64,000 nucleotides of DNA from Lineus longissimus. Its lineage: Eukaryota. The stretch's first letter is position 1, and the number at the start of each line of letters is the position of its first letter. Positions 25,101-45,224 of this stretch are shown here, one piece after another. A model generated the notes under the pieces. It was not told where the DNA came from. It worked only from the letters and a program-made list of their open reading frames with translations, and did not search any database. The position numbers were made by a program, and so were the translations under genes. The stretch spans positions 2,666,001 to 2,730,000 of the forward strand of contig NC_088308.1 of assembly GCF_910592395.1 (NCBI RefSeq). The letters are read 5' to 3'.

Positions 25101-28100
25101 TGAAATTTGATGGCTGTTTGTTCATCTAGCCACATTGCTATCGACACAAGTCGCATGATTTGTGAAGGCTATGGTTGGTTGATGTCAAGCTTGCTGTGAG
25201 TACAGTCTTTGAAGTTTTCATTTTGTCTCCATCAACTGAAGGCCTGTTGGAAATCTAATCGAGGCATCAAATATTTCCTTGTCTGGTCTCCTGCAGTGCT
25301 CTTGTTGTGTTTGCTGATTGTGTTTCCGATAACATGCACCTTTGGTGTGAAGTCCAGCTTTAGTCTTGCGGTGATTTTCATTTGCAGGAAGAGAGAGAAA
25401 AGGCTAGATTGCGACAAAGAGAACGTGCCAAGAGGGAGGCTGAGCGACGGGCCATGGCAGATATCGAGTATCAGAAGAGACGCCAGCGAGACATTGCCAT
25501 ACATCAGAGGGAAGAAGCCAACAGATTACAGCGAGAAAGGGATAGGATTAAGCAAGAGCGCGAACGATTGGAACGTGAGAAGCTAGAAAATGAAAGAATA
25601 GAACGCGACCGCATTCGCCTCGAACGAGAAAGACGTGAACGGGAAGTACGTGAGCGAGAGGTGGAGGCCAGACGACTGGAACAGTTGAGATTTGATGAGG
25701 CAAGGCGTGCTCCGAAGAGAGCTTATGATCAACGTAGTGCTGCCAGGGATGATCCATTCTGGGATGCCAAGAGAACAGCCCATGATAGGTAACTATAAAA
25801 ATCAGTTTAAAAATGTGATTCCCAACCCGCAAGTACAGTAGAACCTCTCTATTAAGGACACCCTTGGGACTGAAAAGTACTGTCCCTTATAGCGAGGTGT
25901 CCTGATCAGAGAGGTAAAATTGAATGGTAACAACCAATTTCAGACCAAAACCAGTGTCCTTAATAGAGAGGGTGTCCTTATTAGAGAGGTGTCCGCTGAT
26001 GGAGGTTCTACTGTAGATAGATAGTCTTTTCCTGAAAATTTAAACAGTTCTGTTTCATTATTTTGCTGTTGTTAATTTTTGTGTTTCAAAGAGTTTTCTT
26101 TAATTTCTTTAACTCATGCTAAACCCTAGTTGATGATTCATGGAATTTGAAAAATTATAGTCTTTCTTTTAATCACACCTAAGAATGGGCCAAATTTACC
26201 TGTGTGTTCATGTAATAATGCAGATATGCTGGTTATGATAGAGACAGAGCTCCAGGCCGCTATGAAGACCGTAGCGATGGCTTCGAAAGAAGAGTTGAGC
26301 GTTACGACAGGCGAGATGCAGCACGACCAGTTGAAACCCGAGATGCAAGATATGACGAGAGACGGGATACCAGGGAGGTTGCCACTCGAAGAGACCCACC
26401 ACCAAGAGAACGTGATTATGATAGGTTGGTATCTCGACGCTGAAATTATTTGTTTCTGTTACACAATAAGTGTACTGTTGTAGCTATACTACATGTTTGT
26501 TCTAATATCAGGCCTACACTTTGTCAAGTGAAACTAATACTTGTGTTTTTGTATGTTTCTTCTAAAGGTATGACCGCGGGTCTGCCAGAGACACAACCAG
26601 AGATCATCGACCAGCTGGCCGCGACCCAGAGCCACGACCGTCGAGGGTAGTCTCACCACCCACACGCAGAGGGGCAGACACAAGGAGTGACTGGAAATCT
26701 GAGAGGTCTCATCCTGCCATGCCAGCATCTCAAGATCGACATGATCCAAGGGATCGATACGACACAGGCAAGGGTAAGTAGAGTTTTCATCCTAACTTTC
26801 AACTTGGAGTGGGATCATTCCTGGCATTTTGGTTCTCATACCCAAAAGTAGCTAGGTCGTGAGGTTACGTACACATGTAGAAGAGGATCTGGGTCAGTAT
26901 AGTGAAGAAGTCACTGACCAGCTGAGCAGTCTGAATTGATGTCTGGCTGATTCCATAGTCAGGCACCAATGAGGTAGATAAAATGTGATAAGGAAATGGT
27001 GAAGTCAAGCTTCTTTATTCTCCAAATTGTTTTCAGTGTTGTGTGTAATTATTTCTCTTTTGTTGTATTATATTGTAAGATCACCTCCTTAACTACATGG
27101 GTTTAATCTTTTCGCTGAAGTGTTGTAACATTTTCTTGGATATGTGCATTATAACAATATAAGAAAGAATTTGAAACATTGGAATGTTTTTAGCAAAGTG
27201 AGAGAAAAAGATCCAGCCCATGCCATTATAAGGGATACTACAATATGCTTGTCAATTAGTCTGATTTAGCATCCTTGTTTTATTTTGATTATGCTTTATT
27301 TGTCTGCAGTTGTTGTAAGCTTTTGTTGCCTCTTAAATGTTCAGGATGTTTGGTTCCACTGCCCCACTTGACACCAAAGATCCATGGCGATGTGGTGGTA
27401 ACTCGGTTTAATGCCAAGGGGTGTCATTACACTCCTAATCCATCATAGATGCACCCCTAATATATCCTGTAGGAGAGCTGTTTTACACTCCCCATGTTCG
27501 AGTTTGTACAGTACATTGTGGTATGGGTAGTGGTTTAGTCCTCCAAATCAAACTCATGATAGTAAAAACCAGCTCTCCGGCTATTTTCAAATGTGAAATC
27601 CTGCCACTCTTTCCTCAGAGAGCTGGGTATGTTACACTGCGAATGAAGATACAGCTTCTGTACAAATGTATACACTGCAACTAAGTCGGCAGCAGCTTGA
27701 GTATGATACACTGCAAGTTGGGCCATGTCTGCTGAGCACCCCATTAGTTGAAGCCAGGCGGCTTCTTCAAATCCTGTTTTAAAAGCGTGCTTCATTTCAG
27801 ACATGAGAAAATCCAGTAGCATAGACATGAGAAAAGGTGGTAGTACTATGTATAGTGGCAATTCAACTTCTCAACATCCTACAGGGAGCAGTGCTGTACC
27901 ACCAAAGCCCAAGCCAAAAGGCAGAGGTAATTATTGTTCCAATACAAGGCCTCCCTATTTTCTGCCTTTTTTCAGGCCAGGGTGGTGATAGTAGGTTTGG
28001 TGGAAGCAGATCAGGGCCTGGTGGTGTCCGTGATGCTTGGCCCGGAGGACCCAGTAGTGTCCCTGATCGGGGTGCAAAGCCTTATCCCTCTGGTGGTGCG

Positions 28101-29978
28101 GGTAAAGTTGGTAAGTGACAACTGCCGTTAGTACATGTTGTCACATGGTTTTATTATCATTTGCGTGTAATGTAGATAGAATTCCCTGCGTGTTTTCATT
28201 TCTTCATGCGGCATCTGTTTGCTTTCCAGTGCACAGAGCCAACAAAGTCATGGGCAACAGACAGAGGGACAACGAAATCCTTGGTCTGAATCGTCTAACT
28301 CTTGTCAGTCGGCCATGCTGATTGTTTGTTACTCCAACTGTCTGCCTGGATTTGTTTGCTCTTGGGCAGCTTTTTTAACCTCGATATCCTTGTTTTCTCT
28401 TACCGTCATCTCTTGGTTACAGGTCCACACATACATTAGCTCAACAGTATTACCATAAAGAAACCGTTACCCTACTACCGGTACTAGTGGCACATGTACT
28501 CAAAAAGGACTGAAACTAGAGTAAACGATATCAGTTTGATAGCTCGGCCTGGTTGTTTAAAACAAGTTTGAAGACTCTCACTTGGTGTCAAGTTTACTTT
28601 TGACTTTACTTGTTTTGAACAACAAGACCATGACATTTGAACATTTGCTTGGAGCTCTGCATTTATGGGTGTCAACTATCTCCGCTATGCGTTTTTCAGT
28701 AAGTTTTCAGTCCTCAAGAGTAAGAAATGTTCTGTTTCGGCCCCCACCCTCTGCCACTGGGTCACTAATCCTCTGCATGCATGTTGATCTGGTTTTAACC
28801 AAGATTTAGTTCTGTAGTCATATATTGTTTTGTTTCCTGCATCCATGTCCACAATGGTGGTGAAGGTCCTTTTCCCTGATTGCTTTGTACAAACGAAACA
28901 CAAAAACCAGTGATAGGAATGGAATGTACCTTAGCTTGCCAAAGTCGTTTTCGGAAAAGTAATATTTACATCAAAAATGTGATAAAGAAATTTGGCCAAT
29001 TGTGTTTTAGTGAACAAGATGATTGAGTGATATATCAAATTACACACTCTGAATTCTGGAGCATTTTCACTTCCTGAGGACATCTGCTTGAGTTGAACAG
29101 AATTTTTTTGGTCCTGACTCAAGGTTATTTTGTGTTTTATGCTTAGTTCTTGCATGCCTTCCTGTTATCATTTTGTAACGACTCCAACTTGTTAGCGACT
29201 GGAAGCCAATGAATTATTTCATCTTTTTTTGTCGCACTTAACACAAGGATTCATATTTAAGAATGAGGAATTTTGAAGACCGCCATTATCCACAGGCATT
29301 ATCAATTCAACATATTCAGCCCATGTCTTACTCTGTAATTTGTTTGGTTTTAAAACAATATGACATTGGACATGCCGAACTTCATCTCTAAGGTTATTTG
29401 CATCTGAAGTGCATTTTAAAATCATGGTGTCATCCACGCTATCTCATCCACTTGTCAACTCAGATGAAAGTAGCTCGGCAAGTTCTGTTAGACTGGCATT
29501 TCTTTTAAGGTGATTGCAGAAGTTCGGGACCGTCAACACATAACGTCACTCTTCTGTCTGTTATCCATCATTATGAGACTGTTGCCTGTTGTAATTGACA
29601 CTGTCTTCTCTTTCAGGTGGACCTGCTGGACCTACTCGTGACGATTGGGGGGCTGGAACCAGGAAAGACAGCCACAGCCAGAGTGCTGGCAGCTGGCAAC
29701 ACCAGAGCAGCATGAACGCACCGAGCATGGCCCGACAGAGTGACCGGTGGCCTGCGAGCAACAGCAGCATGAACACATCAGCACCGAGGACCATGGGTCA
29801 GATGAGCATGAATCCTGCACCGTTATTACCGCAGCCACAATCAAATATGTACATGGGTGTTGCCGCGCAGGCAGCTAGTATGATGATGAATTCAAGTGCG
29901 CTGGCATCTCGGCCAGCTGATGCTCGGTTTGATGCTTACAAGAGTATGGGTAGCGGTGGCAATATGAGACGGTACTAG
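16119..29978 (+). CDS. SAFB: Scaffold attachment factor B / SLTM-like protein (SAP + RRM + R/E coiled coil + G/R-rich tail), ~1080 aa
   Basis: Exons 16119-16235, 16805-16916, 17462-17487, 18866-18943, 19549-19608, 19869-19926, 21172-21742, 22662-22702, 23381-23499, 23731-23880, 24058-24256, 24454-24647, 24857-25066, 25388-25788, 26224-26424, 26568-26773, 27976-28110, 29617-29978 are all phase-compatible (3240 nt). SAP domain [111 protein letters not shown]-terminus RFDAYK...RRY. Confidence 0.93.
18766..18829. repeat. Perfect 30-bp tandem duplication in SAFB intron 3
   Basis: aacagagcctcgtcattggccaccattgga occurs twice head-to-tail, ~40 bp upstream of the 18866 acceptor. Confidence 0.9.
22785..23148. 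mobile_element. TTAA-flanked GG...CC non-autonomous element (Kolobok-like, tentative)
   Basis: Left end TTAA|GGGGGG (22785) and right end GGCC|TTAA (23145-23148). The interior reads like a TE-derived repeat (gaaatttgcagg..., ggcggccatcttgaattt). TIRs do not match beyond GG/CC. Confidence 0.4.
25836..26013. mobile_element. Tc1/mariner (pogo/Tigger-like) MITE
   Basis: TA|CAGTAGAACCTC...GAGGTTCTACTG|TA with internal ctctctattaaggacacc / ggtgtccttaatagagag subrepeats. Confidence 0.9.
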
Positions 29979-30559
29979 AGACAGGTTTGATCTCACAATA
30001 AAAAGTAATGCTGGCACGGTGTTGCTGTAACTATAACAGTGTAAGACTGTGTGAGATACGTGGTGCAGCTTTGCATTAAATAGATAATTCACATTTTCTA
30101 GAATGAGCACAACTCTTTCTAATGTTAAGTTGTCAAATTACTGAAAGGCTTCAGATCTTGTCAACAAACGCTGTAAGTGTTATTTAGAAACCATTGCTGT
30201 AAACTCTTATTACTGGGCACCAAGCTTTTATGAACATTTGTCCCGATTTGAAGCATAAGTTACTGCAGGTGAAGTAATTATCCTGGTTTAAATGTATGTT
30301 GTCAGTGATTTTAAAGTTGGTAGACATTACTTTCGTTGACTTCTGATTATTACAGCAATCATCAGTACTTATATTTTCTCAGCTCCTTTTTCTGTGGTTG
30401 CAAATGTTTTATTGTCGGAGCTGACGAAGTGATGTTCAAATTTTAGGAATATTGAAAGTACAAACACAAATCATAAGGGACGTGTTCAATTAAAGTTTCA
30501 TGTGAAGTTTGTAAACCGTGCATATCTACTTGATTCGAAACTCAGTGAACTGGTTACTG

Positions 30560-30703
30560 CAGTAGAACCTCTCTATTAAGGACGTCCTTGGGACTGAAAA
30601 ATGCTGTCCTTGATTTAGAGGTGTCTTGATAACATCGGCCAAATGCAATGGAAACAGTTTGTCCTTGATCGAGAGGTGTCAGCTGAAGCAGGTACCTCTG
30701 TTG
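30560..30703. mobile_element. Degenerate copy of the same Tc1/mariner MITE
   Basis: cagtagaacctctctattaaggacgtccttgggactgaaaa... is nearly identical to the 5' end of the 25836 copy; the right end is decayed. Confidence 0.75.
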
Positions 30704-33235
30704 TTTCATATAAGAGTTGTGGCTTTATTACTTCATTACATTAGTATAATATTGTTGCTATCATTGATAAAATAAACCATCTCATCTCTTCACGAACCAT
30801 CAGATTCCTGTTGTAAATATTATGAACCAATTAAATCACAGTTTGTTCTCTCCATGAAGTACTGGAGACTTTTAAAATACGCAGTTTCAAAGAATTGCAA
30901 AATGGTTTCATTGCCAAAGTTCATTTAGAATGTAACATAGTAGTTTTATTGTCTTGTCAGAATAGTGAAACATTCAGATGATCATGTCTAGTACTTCATT
31001 TTCATTGTTGTTTTATGTGTTGCTGGTTAATCGTTGCCAGTGCATGTGTAATAGTGAACTTCATTCATTCATTCAACTTCTTGTGAAATAAAGAATTGGC
31101 TATATTTCGTGGATACATGTCTTAGTGAAACTTCTTTCCTTGTCATTGAAGGAGTCGGTGGTGTTAATGCTGCCAGGCCAGTTCTAAGGATAGTTGTAGA
31201 GTTGCTGTGTTGGTGGCTCAACTGATGAATATAGGGACTGGGCTCTTTAAAGAAACTCTGATGTTCAATTAGTGCCATCATGGCTATGCCTCCTACTAGC
31301 CAGGCATGATAGTGGAACTGCTAGAGTTCCAGGGCCTTTGACATGACGCAATACGGAAAGTTCCAAGAGAGGGAGCCTTTGTAGAGAACAGCCCATGTAG
31401 CAGTCCCTGTCGTTCGGATTCATCTGGCCAGCCGAGGAGTGGACTTTCTTGGCATAAATTGAGTCTTGCCAGGGCATGAGTGACATCCAAGTGTGACCCT
31501 GGACAGCTGATCAAGTGAATTCCCCCCAATGGTGGCACAATGCTTGGAAAGTTCCAAATGGCAAGTTTGCTGGTCTGTCCATCTCGCATTCTGTGTGCTG
31601 ATATTGACTGGAGGATGTGACAAAAGTACATAGTTGATTCAAATTGTGCATAGCCAGGATTGTGTCACAACTGTACTGGGGACGAAAGCCATGGGGGGCA
31701 ATAAAAATAGCACAGTTTGGGAAGAGTTGCAATTAACAGACCAGGACACGGGCACAAAAAAGACCCATGTCCTGGACATGAGGCAGCTCGTCCTGACCTG
31801 GGGAAACAGACCAGCTGCCAACCAAATGGTGGAGACTGAAGATTGAAGCCTTATATTGTGCACTCTGGGCACAGAGGACTAAGTATGTCCTATATTACCA
31901 TTCCTCCCTCAACGGAAAATCTGTCTTCACCCAGCCAATAAAAACTATTTCTGGGGGACACTGCATCTTGGTTGGTAGCCAGTCTCTAGTATATCGCTCT
32001 CAGCATTATCAAAAATGTCTCAACCGTAAGGCCTACTATCATCAGTCAAGCACTGGAGAGCATTTCAACCCAAGCAATCGGCTATCCACAGTTTCCAGCA
32101 AAAGATTCCTTCATACAGGGCACCATGTAGTTTTAGTAGTGGTTGTGATAATCAAGCTTCCATGTTACACCTTGGTAAGGAGGATCTCCTAGCTCCAGAA
32201 CTTGGTCTCCTTGTAACGCCAACAAATGACAGAGAACACTGACTGATTTGTGAAAACTTTATTAGGAAAGCCACAGTATACGACACGTGTATTTACATTC
32301 ACAACAATTAGTGTTAATATAGCAAAGGCTGGGGCAAGGCAAGATTAACTTACCCTGTGCATTTAAATATGTTTTCAGTTGACCTTATAACTAAAGCCTC
32401 ACTGAGATCAAAATAATCCATGACAGAGTGTTTTGAAAACAATTTTGAAGTAGGATGGAAAAAATTCCATCAACAATACGCTCCAAGTATGAAACTAGAC
32501 TAAAAACAAAATGGACGGAGTAACGGCAAGCAAAACGTTTACTAAACTGATCAGGGACATGCACAAAGATACTGGAACTGTTTCCGCTTCCTTTATTCAA
32601 ATTTCAAAAGCTTTCCAATCATTACATCCTATGTACATCATTGTCTTTTTGCTATTGCTTATTCTACATGTACAGGCTATTGACAATTAAATTTACAATC
32701 AAAAATATATGATGAATCAACGCATGTAATTCTTATTTGGTTTCCAGCTTCAAATATCAAAGGAGTTGAGAACAAACATTGTCTATTGAGGTTCTTTTCT
32801 TCAAAGCTGTGGTTTTGACACAGTAGACTCAAAAATATTCACAGTGAATTTTCGTGAAAATGCACGACCATTTATTTTTTGCAGCTTTTTGTAAATACAA
32901 TAATAAAAGGCAAGCAAATATTTTCATGTTTACAGTAGTTTCAGGGTGTGACATCACTGAGACCATGAACCCTAACAAAGATTGAAATACTGATTTGAAA
33001 ATCCTCCAATACACATGTTCCAGTTCCACACAAAACAGTGGGCACCTAAATATTAATCTAAGATGGCATACTCATTATCTTCCAAGGAAAAAAAAAGGAG
33101 ATACAATAACTTGTAAAAGAATAAAAATGCAGTGATCACAGATATTCCTCATTTGTTTTGTATTATTCATTAACTTAAAACATGACACAAGTCTGTGTGT
33201 TGAGAAGTTCACTGGCATTGTAAGGAACTATTTTC

Positions 33236-36065
33236 CTACTGGTATCCCTGTAGGCGCAATATCGTTGGGTATCGGGTGCGGTGGGTCATACACTTCTCCT
33301 TGTCGATGAAGATGCTGTTCTTCTTGTGGAGAATCTCCTTCTCGAGCGCCATGCGAGTATCCATCATTGCTTTGAGTGAGTTTTCAGACTGGTTGAGCTG
33401 TTCATGGAGAGCATCAACTGAGGCAGCGATCTGGTGGACTTCTTCGACAAGTCTGAAAGGAAGGAAGAAGAGGACTCAAAATGTTGTGCATGAAGCGTAC
33501 ACATTGTAAAATCGCCTGTATGTATGGTAATGGTCTTGTCTTCAAATGGTGGTTTTGCCAGGGCAACTTTTCGGGCCCTGTCACCACTTTAAAATAATGG
33601 GAGGCCTAGACCAGACTTTCACAATACCCAGACCTAACTCTGGAGGACAGAGGCTTCATGACTACATGCCTTACAAAGAAGGAGAAGACCTCGGCAATTG
33701 GCATCCTAGGACCTTATGTGCAGGTCCCAAGTCAAAAAAGATGCACTATTGAATTGAAACTTGTAGGTCAACATGCCAATCAGTTGTTACTCACTTGTAT
33801 TGTGCAGGGTCTCTGCAGTTCTCCACACCAGGTCTCTTGGTTCGGTTGTAGAGACGAGTCTGTGCAACCTTCATTGGATCCTCCTTGTCTCGGATGCTCT
33901 GTTTCAAGCCTGCAATATTCTTCTCCATTCTGGTAATCTCATCGCATTCCTGGAAACAGAATTAAGAAATAAGTGATTGCAGTTCAGCATCAAGTCTGGG
34001 ATTCAGTGGGAAAAAGCAAAGCATATATTGACGATGTTTCAAATTGACAACAAGACCTGGGAATAGAATAGATTTGCGGTAAACACACCAGCTTGATCTT
34101 TAGTAACTGGTGAAATTTAGAGAGAGGTGTAAGGAGAACTTTTCCCCTAGCTAAATTGTTCACTCTTGACACTATTCTGCTCTATCTGTTCAGATAATCG
34201 TTCCAAAGCAAACCTCACCTTCTTGCAATGTTCCTCAAGCTTGGCCAGAGCATCTTGCATCTCTTCGACTCTCTTGTTGAAAGCAACATCGACAGCATTG
34301 CATTGCTCAGTCATATCTCGTGACGTATCATTTAGAACGTTGTCAATCAATGTACGGAGTTGATTTGAAGCCATTCGCTCATGCTCAGCTCGAACAATGT
34401 TGTCGTGTGAGAACTGGGCCCAGGACTCTGGCGTAGATTGGCTGAAAGCAAGATTATTGGAACTTAACTTAACTTAACTGAACTTATTAGTAGTAACAGC
34501 CACAGGACAGGAGGCAAACTTTTGGATCGTCACAAATTTCCACTTTCTCATTATTTTCTTTTATGGCCTATCATAGCGAGTCTAATGGGAGTCTGCAAGG
34601 AGATATTTTGTCTTTCCAAATGACTGCACAAGATCTTTCATTCTGGTCCCCAAACTTTTTTCACCTATACCCAGCTCAAATGCTAAACCCAAAATGTCAC
34701 ACATGGAGTCATGGAAAGCTTTCTTTTTCTCTCCATTCAATAATTGTACTTACATCTCTTCAAATTTGGCTGCTCCAGCATAGAATTGCTTGTTGGTGCT
34801 ATTATTTCGAAGTATACCACAGATTGAATCAATTTCGTCAGCCTCCTTCTTATCACTCCAGTCCATTTCAAGATTTTGTTTAGCATCCCTGTTAAACCTG
34901 GAATAACAGAAGTACAGCCAATTAAGCACAAACATTTTTTTCAGCAATCCAAGACTCTTCCTCGAATTGTATCCCATCTTAATGTTATAACCTGTATTTT
35001 ATCTGTCCATCTGTTCTTAAAGTTAGAGCTTATCAGTATCAGACACTGGAACAGTAGATTCAAGTGACTCAAATTGTAGAGTGCGACTCCAACCCCGACT
35101 GACTGAAATGTCTGGTGGATTTTTTTCACTGATTATTTGCAGGTCTTGAATATGGTCTATCTAAATGTACTTACTTGATTTGGTTCTCGGCTTGGACTAT
35201 GGTTTTTCTTAGAAGATCTTGCACATTATTGATGATTTCAACTTCCTAGAAAAATTTAAAAGAATGACTTACATAAATGGGGATGTAAACTGAGTTGGCC
35301 TATCAAATCAACAAGTACTATAACTAATACTATCATGGCTCAAAACTTTAGAAAATCTTCTGGATCAGATCAGAACAGAAATGCTCCAACTCAGATGGCC
35401 CACCGGGCGTATATCATTATCAAACGTATTCAATCATAATTACCAATAGGCCTACATGTGGGAGTATAGTATACTCCCATGAGTTTCTTCAACGAAATAC
35501 AGAACCATTACAAAAATCAATGCGTGTGGTGACTTACTTTTAGCAGAGATAATTCCACTTCATCTTGCACAAGGTCAACACCAAGCCTCCTTCCATCACC
35601 TCGACAGTTCAAGTTGTCAGTTGCAATATGAAGAGGAACCTCTGTTGCCCGTAGAGCATTTTCCAACCTCTTCTTCTGGCTAAGGAGCAGATCAGTTTCA
35701 TTTATTACGTCCTGAATCTCACGTTCAAGCTCGAATTTCCAGAAGTTAATGTCATGTAAACGTTCACCAAGCTTCTTTGTGACATCAGCCTGTGTTTGGT
35801 TTGTTGTGGCTTCCGTTTCCTTCTGTGTTCTTTTCGACTCGTGGCGAACTCTTTCTGCATTGTCCCGGTCAGCAAAAGACTGATAGTATTTTGAATAATT
35901 TGCCTCATGCCACTCTGCAGGGGTGACTTTCTTGCTACGGAAGCCCACTGTTGAGATGCCCATATCATTTCCAGTGTTACCTTGATAATCCATCTCCATT
36001 TCCATGGATGGATAGAGGTCTGTTTTGGCCTCTGGTCTTTCAGGTGGGGTTGCTAGTACAGACAT
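33236..36065 (-). CDS. TEKT4: Tektin-4 (tektin A-type), 445 aa
   Basis: Exons 36065-35538, 35245-35175, 34897-34754, 34441-34219, 33949-33795, 33452-33236 (1338 nt, in phase). N-terminal EWHEANYSKYYQSFADRDNAERVRHES, tektin signature RPGVENCRD, and C-terminal HRTRYPTILRLQGYQ (recalled human TEKT4: HRTRYPTILQLAGYQ). Confidence 0.95.
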
Positions 36066-42199
<6,134 letters not shown>

Positions 42200-43292
42200 T
42201 GCTTTTATTACAAGATGTTTTTATGCATTTTTATACTTGTACATGGAAGGTTATTTGGTTGTACTGAATGTATACTGTACAAATGGCCTGGCACTAACTT
42301 TGAGATCTGATGGCGTTTCGCGTGGACAGATGCGTTGAGAAACCGGTGTAGAATGCTTTGAAATGTTTTGGAAGTTAAAAAGGTTCAGATCACTTTTACC
42401 GCCAATCCATCTCAAATTGTCATGATATCGATCCAGTTTGCCTGGTGGGGCATTCAGTTTTTGAAAAGCCTGCGGGTGGCTTTTTCCAGTGCGGCTAGTT
42501 GGTTAGCCACCTGCAAGTCACTGGAATATTGGGCACACACTGTACTTTTACCAGGCTCTGACATTGGAAATAATAGTTTAGTACATGTAGTAAAGAGTGT
42601 CTCATGAGCCAAATCTGGCTGGCGCTTTCATTAGAGGTGGCACTGTAATAAACAAAAAAAAAAGGAATATCCGGATTTTTGGAAGTTGGTGAAAAGCTAT
42701 GCCGTTGTCTGATTTCGTCAGAATGTCATCAGTTCTCCAGAGTGAGAAAACATTTCTGTGGGCCTTGGTAAGATCCCTTACAATGATACTAAACTGTTTC
42801 TGTATGAGAGGTGTGATATACTAAGTATAGTAGTACTCTTTCCAAGAAAGTGTAATAATTTTAGGCGATACCTAGTAGTTAGGTATCATGTAGTTGATAT
42901 TGATAATTTTACCTTTTACACAAGCTTTATACGACTCAGGGACTAGAGTGGGGCATAGAGGGTTAACAATAAAACTTGTGTAAATTATATAAGTTATGGT
43001 AGAAAATAATCTGGTTAATTTCAGTATGTGCTGATTTAGATCTCTTATTATTGCATCTTGCCAAGGTTCACTGAATTCACCTGTTGCATGTTGTACCCCT
43101 TTGACCCTTGGAAGTATTGTAAAATTTTGATTGTTCTGGTCTTGTGCTGTCACTGTATAATTGATTGTCCATTGGTTTTGGATGATAATTGCCCGCTTGA
43201 CGAGTCTCAATTCAATTGGAGAGTCTGAATTCTCCTTTTCATTTCCTGCGCCTCAGCCAGCCTCAAACAAGGATAAATGAAACTTCAAAATA

Positions 43293-43475
43293 CAGTGGAA
43301 CCCCCCTTAGCAAACACCTCTCTATTAAGGACAACCTGTACATGTATATTAAGGACACCAGTTTTAGTCTTGAAGTGGTGGTTTCTATTCAATTTGACCT
43401 CCCTAATCAGGACACCTCTCTATAAAGACAGTAATTATCGGTCCCGAGGGTGTCCTTAATAGAGAGGTTCTACTG
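43293..43475. mobile_element. Tc1/mariner (pogo-like) MITE, same family as 25836
   Basis: TA|CAGTGGAACCCC...GAGGTTCTACTG|TA with tattaaggacacc subrepeats; reverse orientation relative to the 25836 copy. Confidence 0.88.
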
Positions 43476-45224
43476 TAGCTGCATGTGTTATGGAATTACT
43501 ACAGTTGATAAGACATAAAGGGAAAAAGTTTTTCCGCAGACTGAATCAGGCTTACTGAACCAACTGCTGTACCTGTTGGTGGAGCTTGGTAAACATATTT
43601 TTGAATGGAATAGAATGCATTTTTCATGTGTGGTGAAAAAGGAAAGTTAACCTTTTCTGTTAGAAAAGCCATCGTTGACACTGATTTGTGTGGGAAATAT
43701 GGAGGAGACTATTCATAGAAGTTTACTTTCTCCCACGCAATCCTATCTTGTCGATGAATATGAAATGATTCACTCAAACGTGCTGCAAAATGATCAGGTA
43801 AAACCAGAAGAAAATAGAAAGTCTGGATCCCTTGTCCTGCATTATGAATTGCCTTCAGCATACAGGGTGTTTGAAATATACAAGAAAAAACCATTGGCGT
43901 TTGGTCTCCCGCAAGTAAAGTTTGTTTGAACATGTCCGTATGTGAACAAAAATGCCCCGATCTGCTGTATTAAAAAAAATGAAACTTGCTTTCTCTGTAA
44001 TAGCTTACTCAAAATAATTTCTTTCAACCCTGTGGCCACCCTCGAGAATGTCATTTGTCATAAAGATCGAAACAAAACTGTAAATAGGGCAGGAGAAAAG
44101 AATAGGACACGTCGTCTGGAATAATTGGTGGTTCCTAAATTCAGTTGTAACTTAGCGAGTGTTAAGAGTTCAAATTTGTTGTATGATTTTATCGTCAAAG
44201 AAAGTTTCTGACTGATAAAACTCTGGACTGATGCTGATGGGCTGTCAGCAAGAAATTATGTTATTTTCTCTTGCAGTCAGTGAATATATTGTTACAAGCT
44301 CATCATTTTGCCCCTTTTGAGGGACTTCATAGACTTCAGCTTTATACAAGTGATATGTGGCCTTCCGCTAAGAATCTTTGATATGAACTTTCTTGTAGTT
44401 CAATTGTGCCACTATCTGTTCATAATATCTGTTGTAGTTGTACTTATAATTGTCACAACTGCCATTGATTGTAACTGTAATTACCTCATCGGAGAATAAT
44501 CATCTATGACCATGGCCATTGGAGGTCATCAGCCTGTAGCTTTGTCATTGAAATTTTATTTATGTTGCAGTTTTGTATAAAAAACTAAATAATTGGAAGA
44601 CTGAAGTAGCAGTTGTAGCCCCATAGGGCCATGTTTTATAGTTATTATTGGTCTGTAAATGATCTATGTGCAGTTCTGGAAAGTTAACTAAGATGGACAT
44701 GTACTACACCTTCCATTGAAAAATCTTATGCAAGGCATTACACAATGTACATTAAACATTATATTGTCTTTACCATACATCTGTCTTCAGCTTGTTCTTT
44801 CCTTGGTGGTTTTCATTATGAGAAAGTAATGGACCTGATTTGTTCAAAGTACACGAGGAACAGTGGCTTCTGATATACTATTATGCCCCATCCACTACTC
44901 TTTTCGATAGTTGCCCATCTGTATGAATATTGCCGCTTACTCTGGCTGCTGCAGCTGGTCCCTAAAGATGATTGACAAATTCTGGGTGCAAACATTAACA
45001 ATGAACTTCAAACTATGAAGTAAACTAATCTTGCCTGCCATCTGAGTGGAGGTAATGCTGTGTCTGTCGTAGCCAGTCGGGAGGATAGTGTCATTGAGTG
45101 TGATAAGTCCGTTCAGAGGACAATAACTGTTAATTACATGACTTGATTGGCCTAATGGTTGCTAATTGAAGCAGTCTAAATGTGAGGTGTGAACAATTCC
45201 ATCCGGGATGTCCATTCATGGCAC

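Noticed and set aside
21463..25832. Antisense and alternate-frame ORFs over SAFB exons (Ser/Phe-rich)
   Set aside because: These are shadows of low-complexity Lys/Glu/Arg coding sequence.
28230..28305. Extra SAFB exon ([19 protein letters not shown] frame)
   Set aside because: I found no acceptor/donor combination that keeps phase 1-1 in that frame.
31069..32192. Cluster of overlapping short ORFs between the SAFB and TEKT4 3' ends
   Set aside because: No recognisable domain and no consistent splice-phase chain; treated as intergenic or old repeat sequence.
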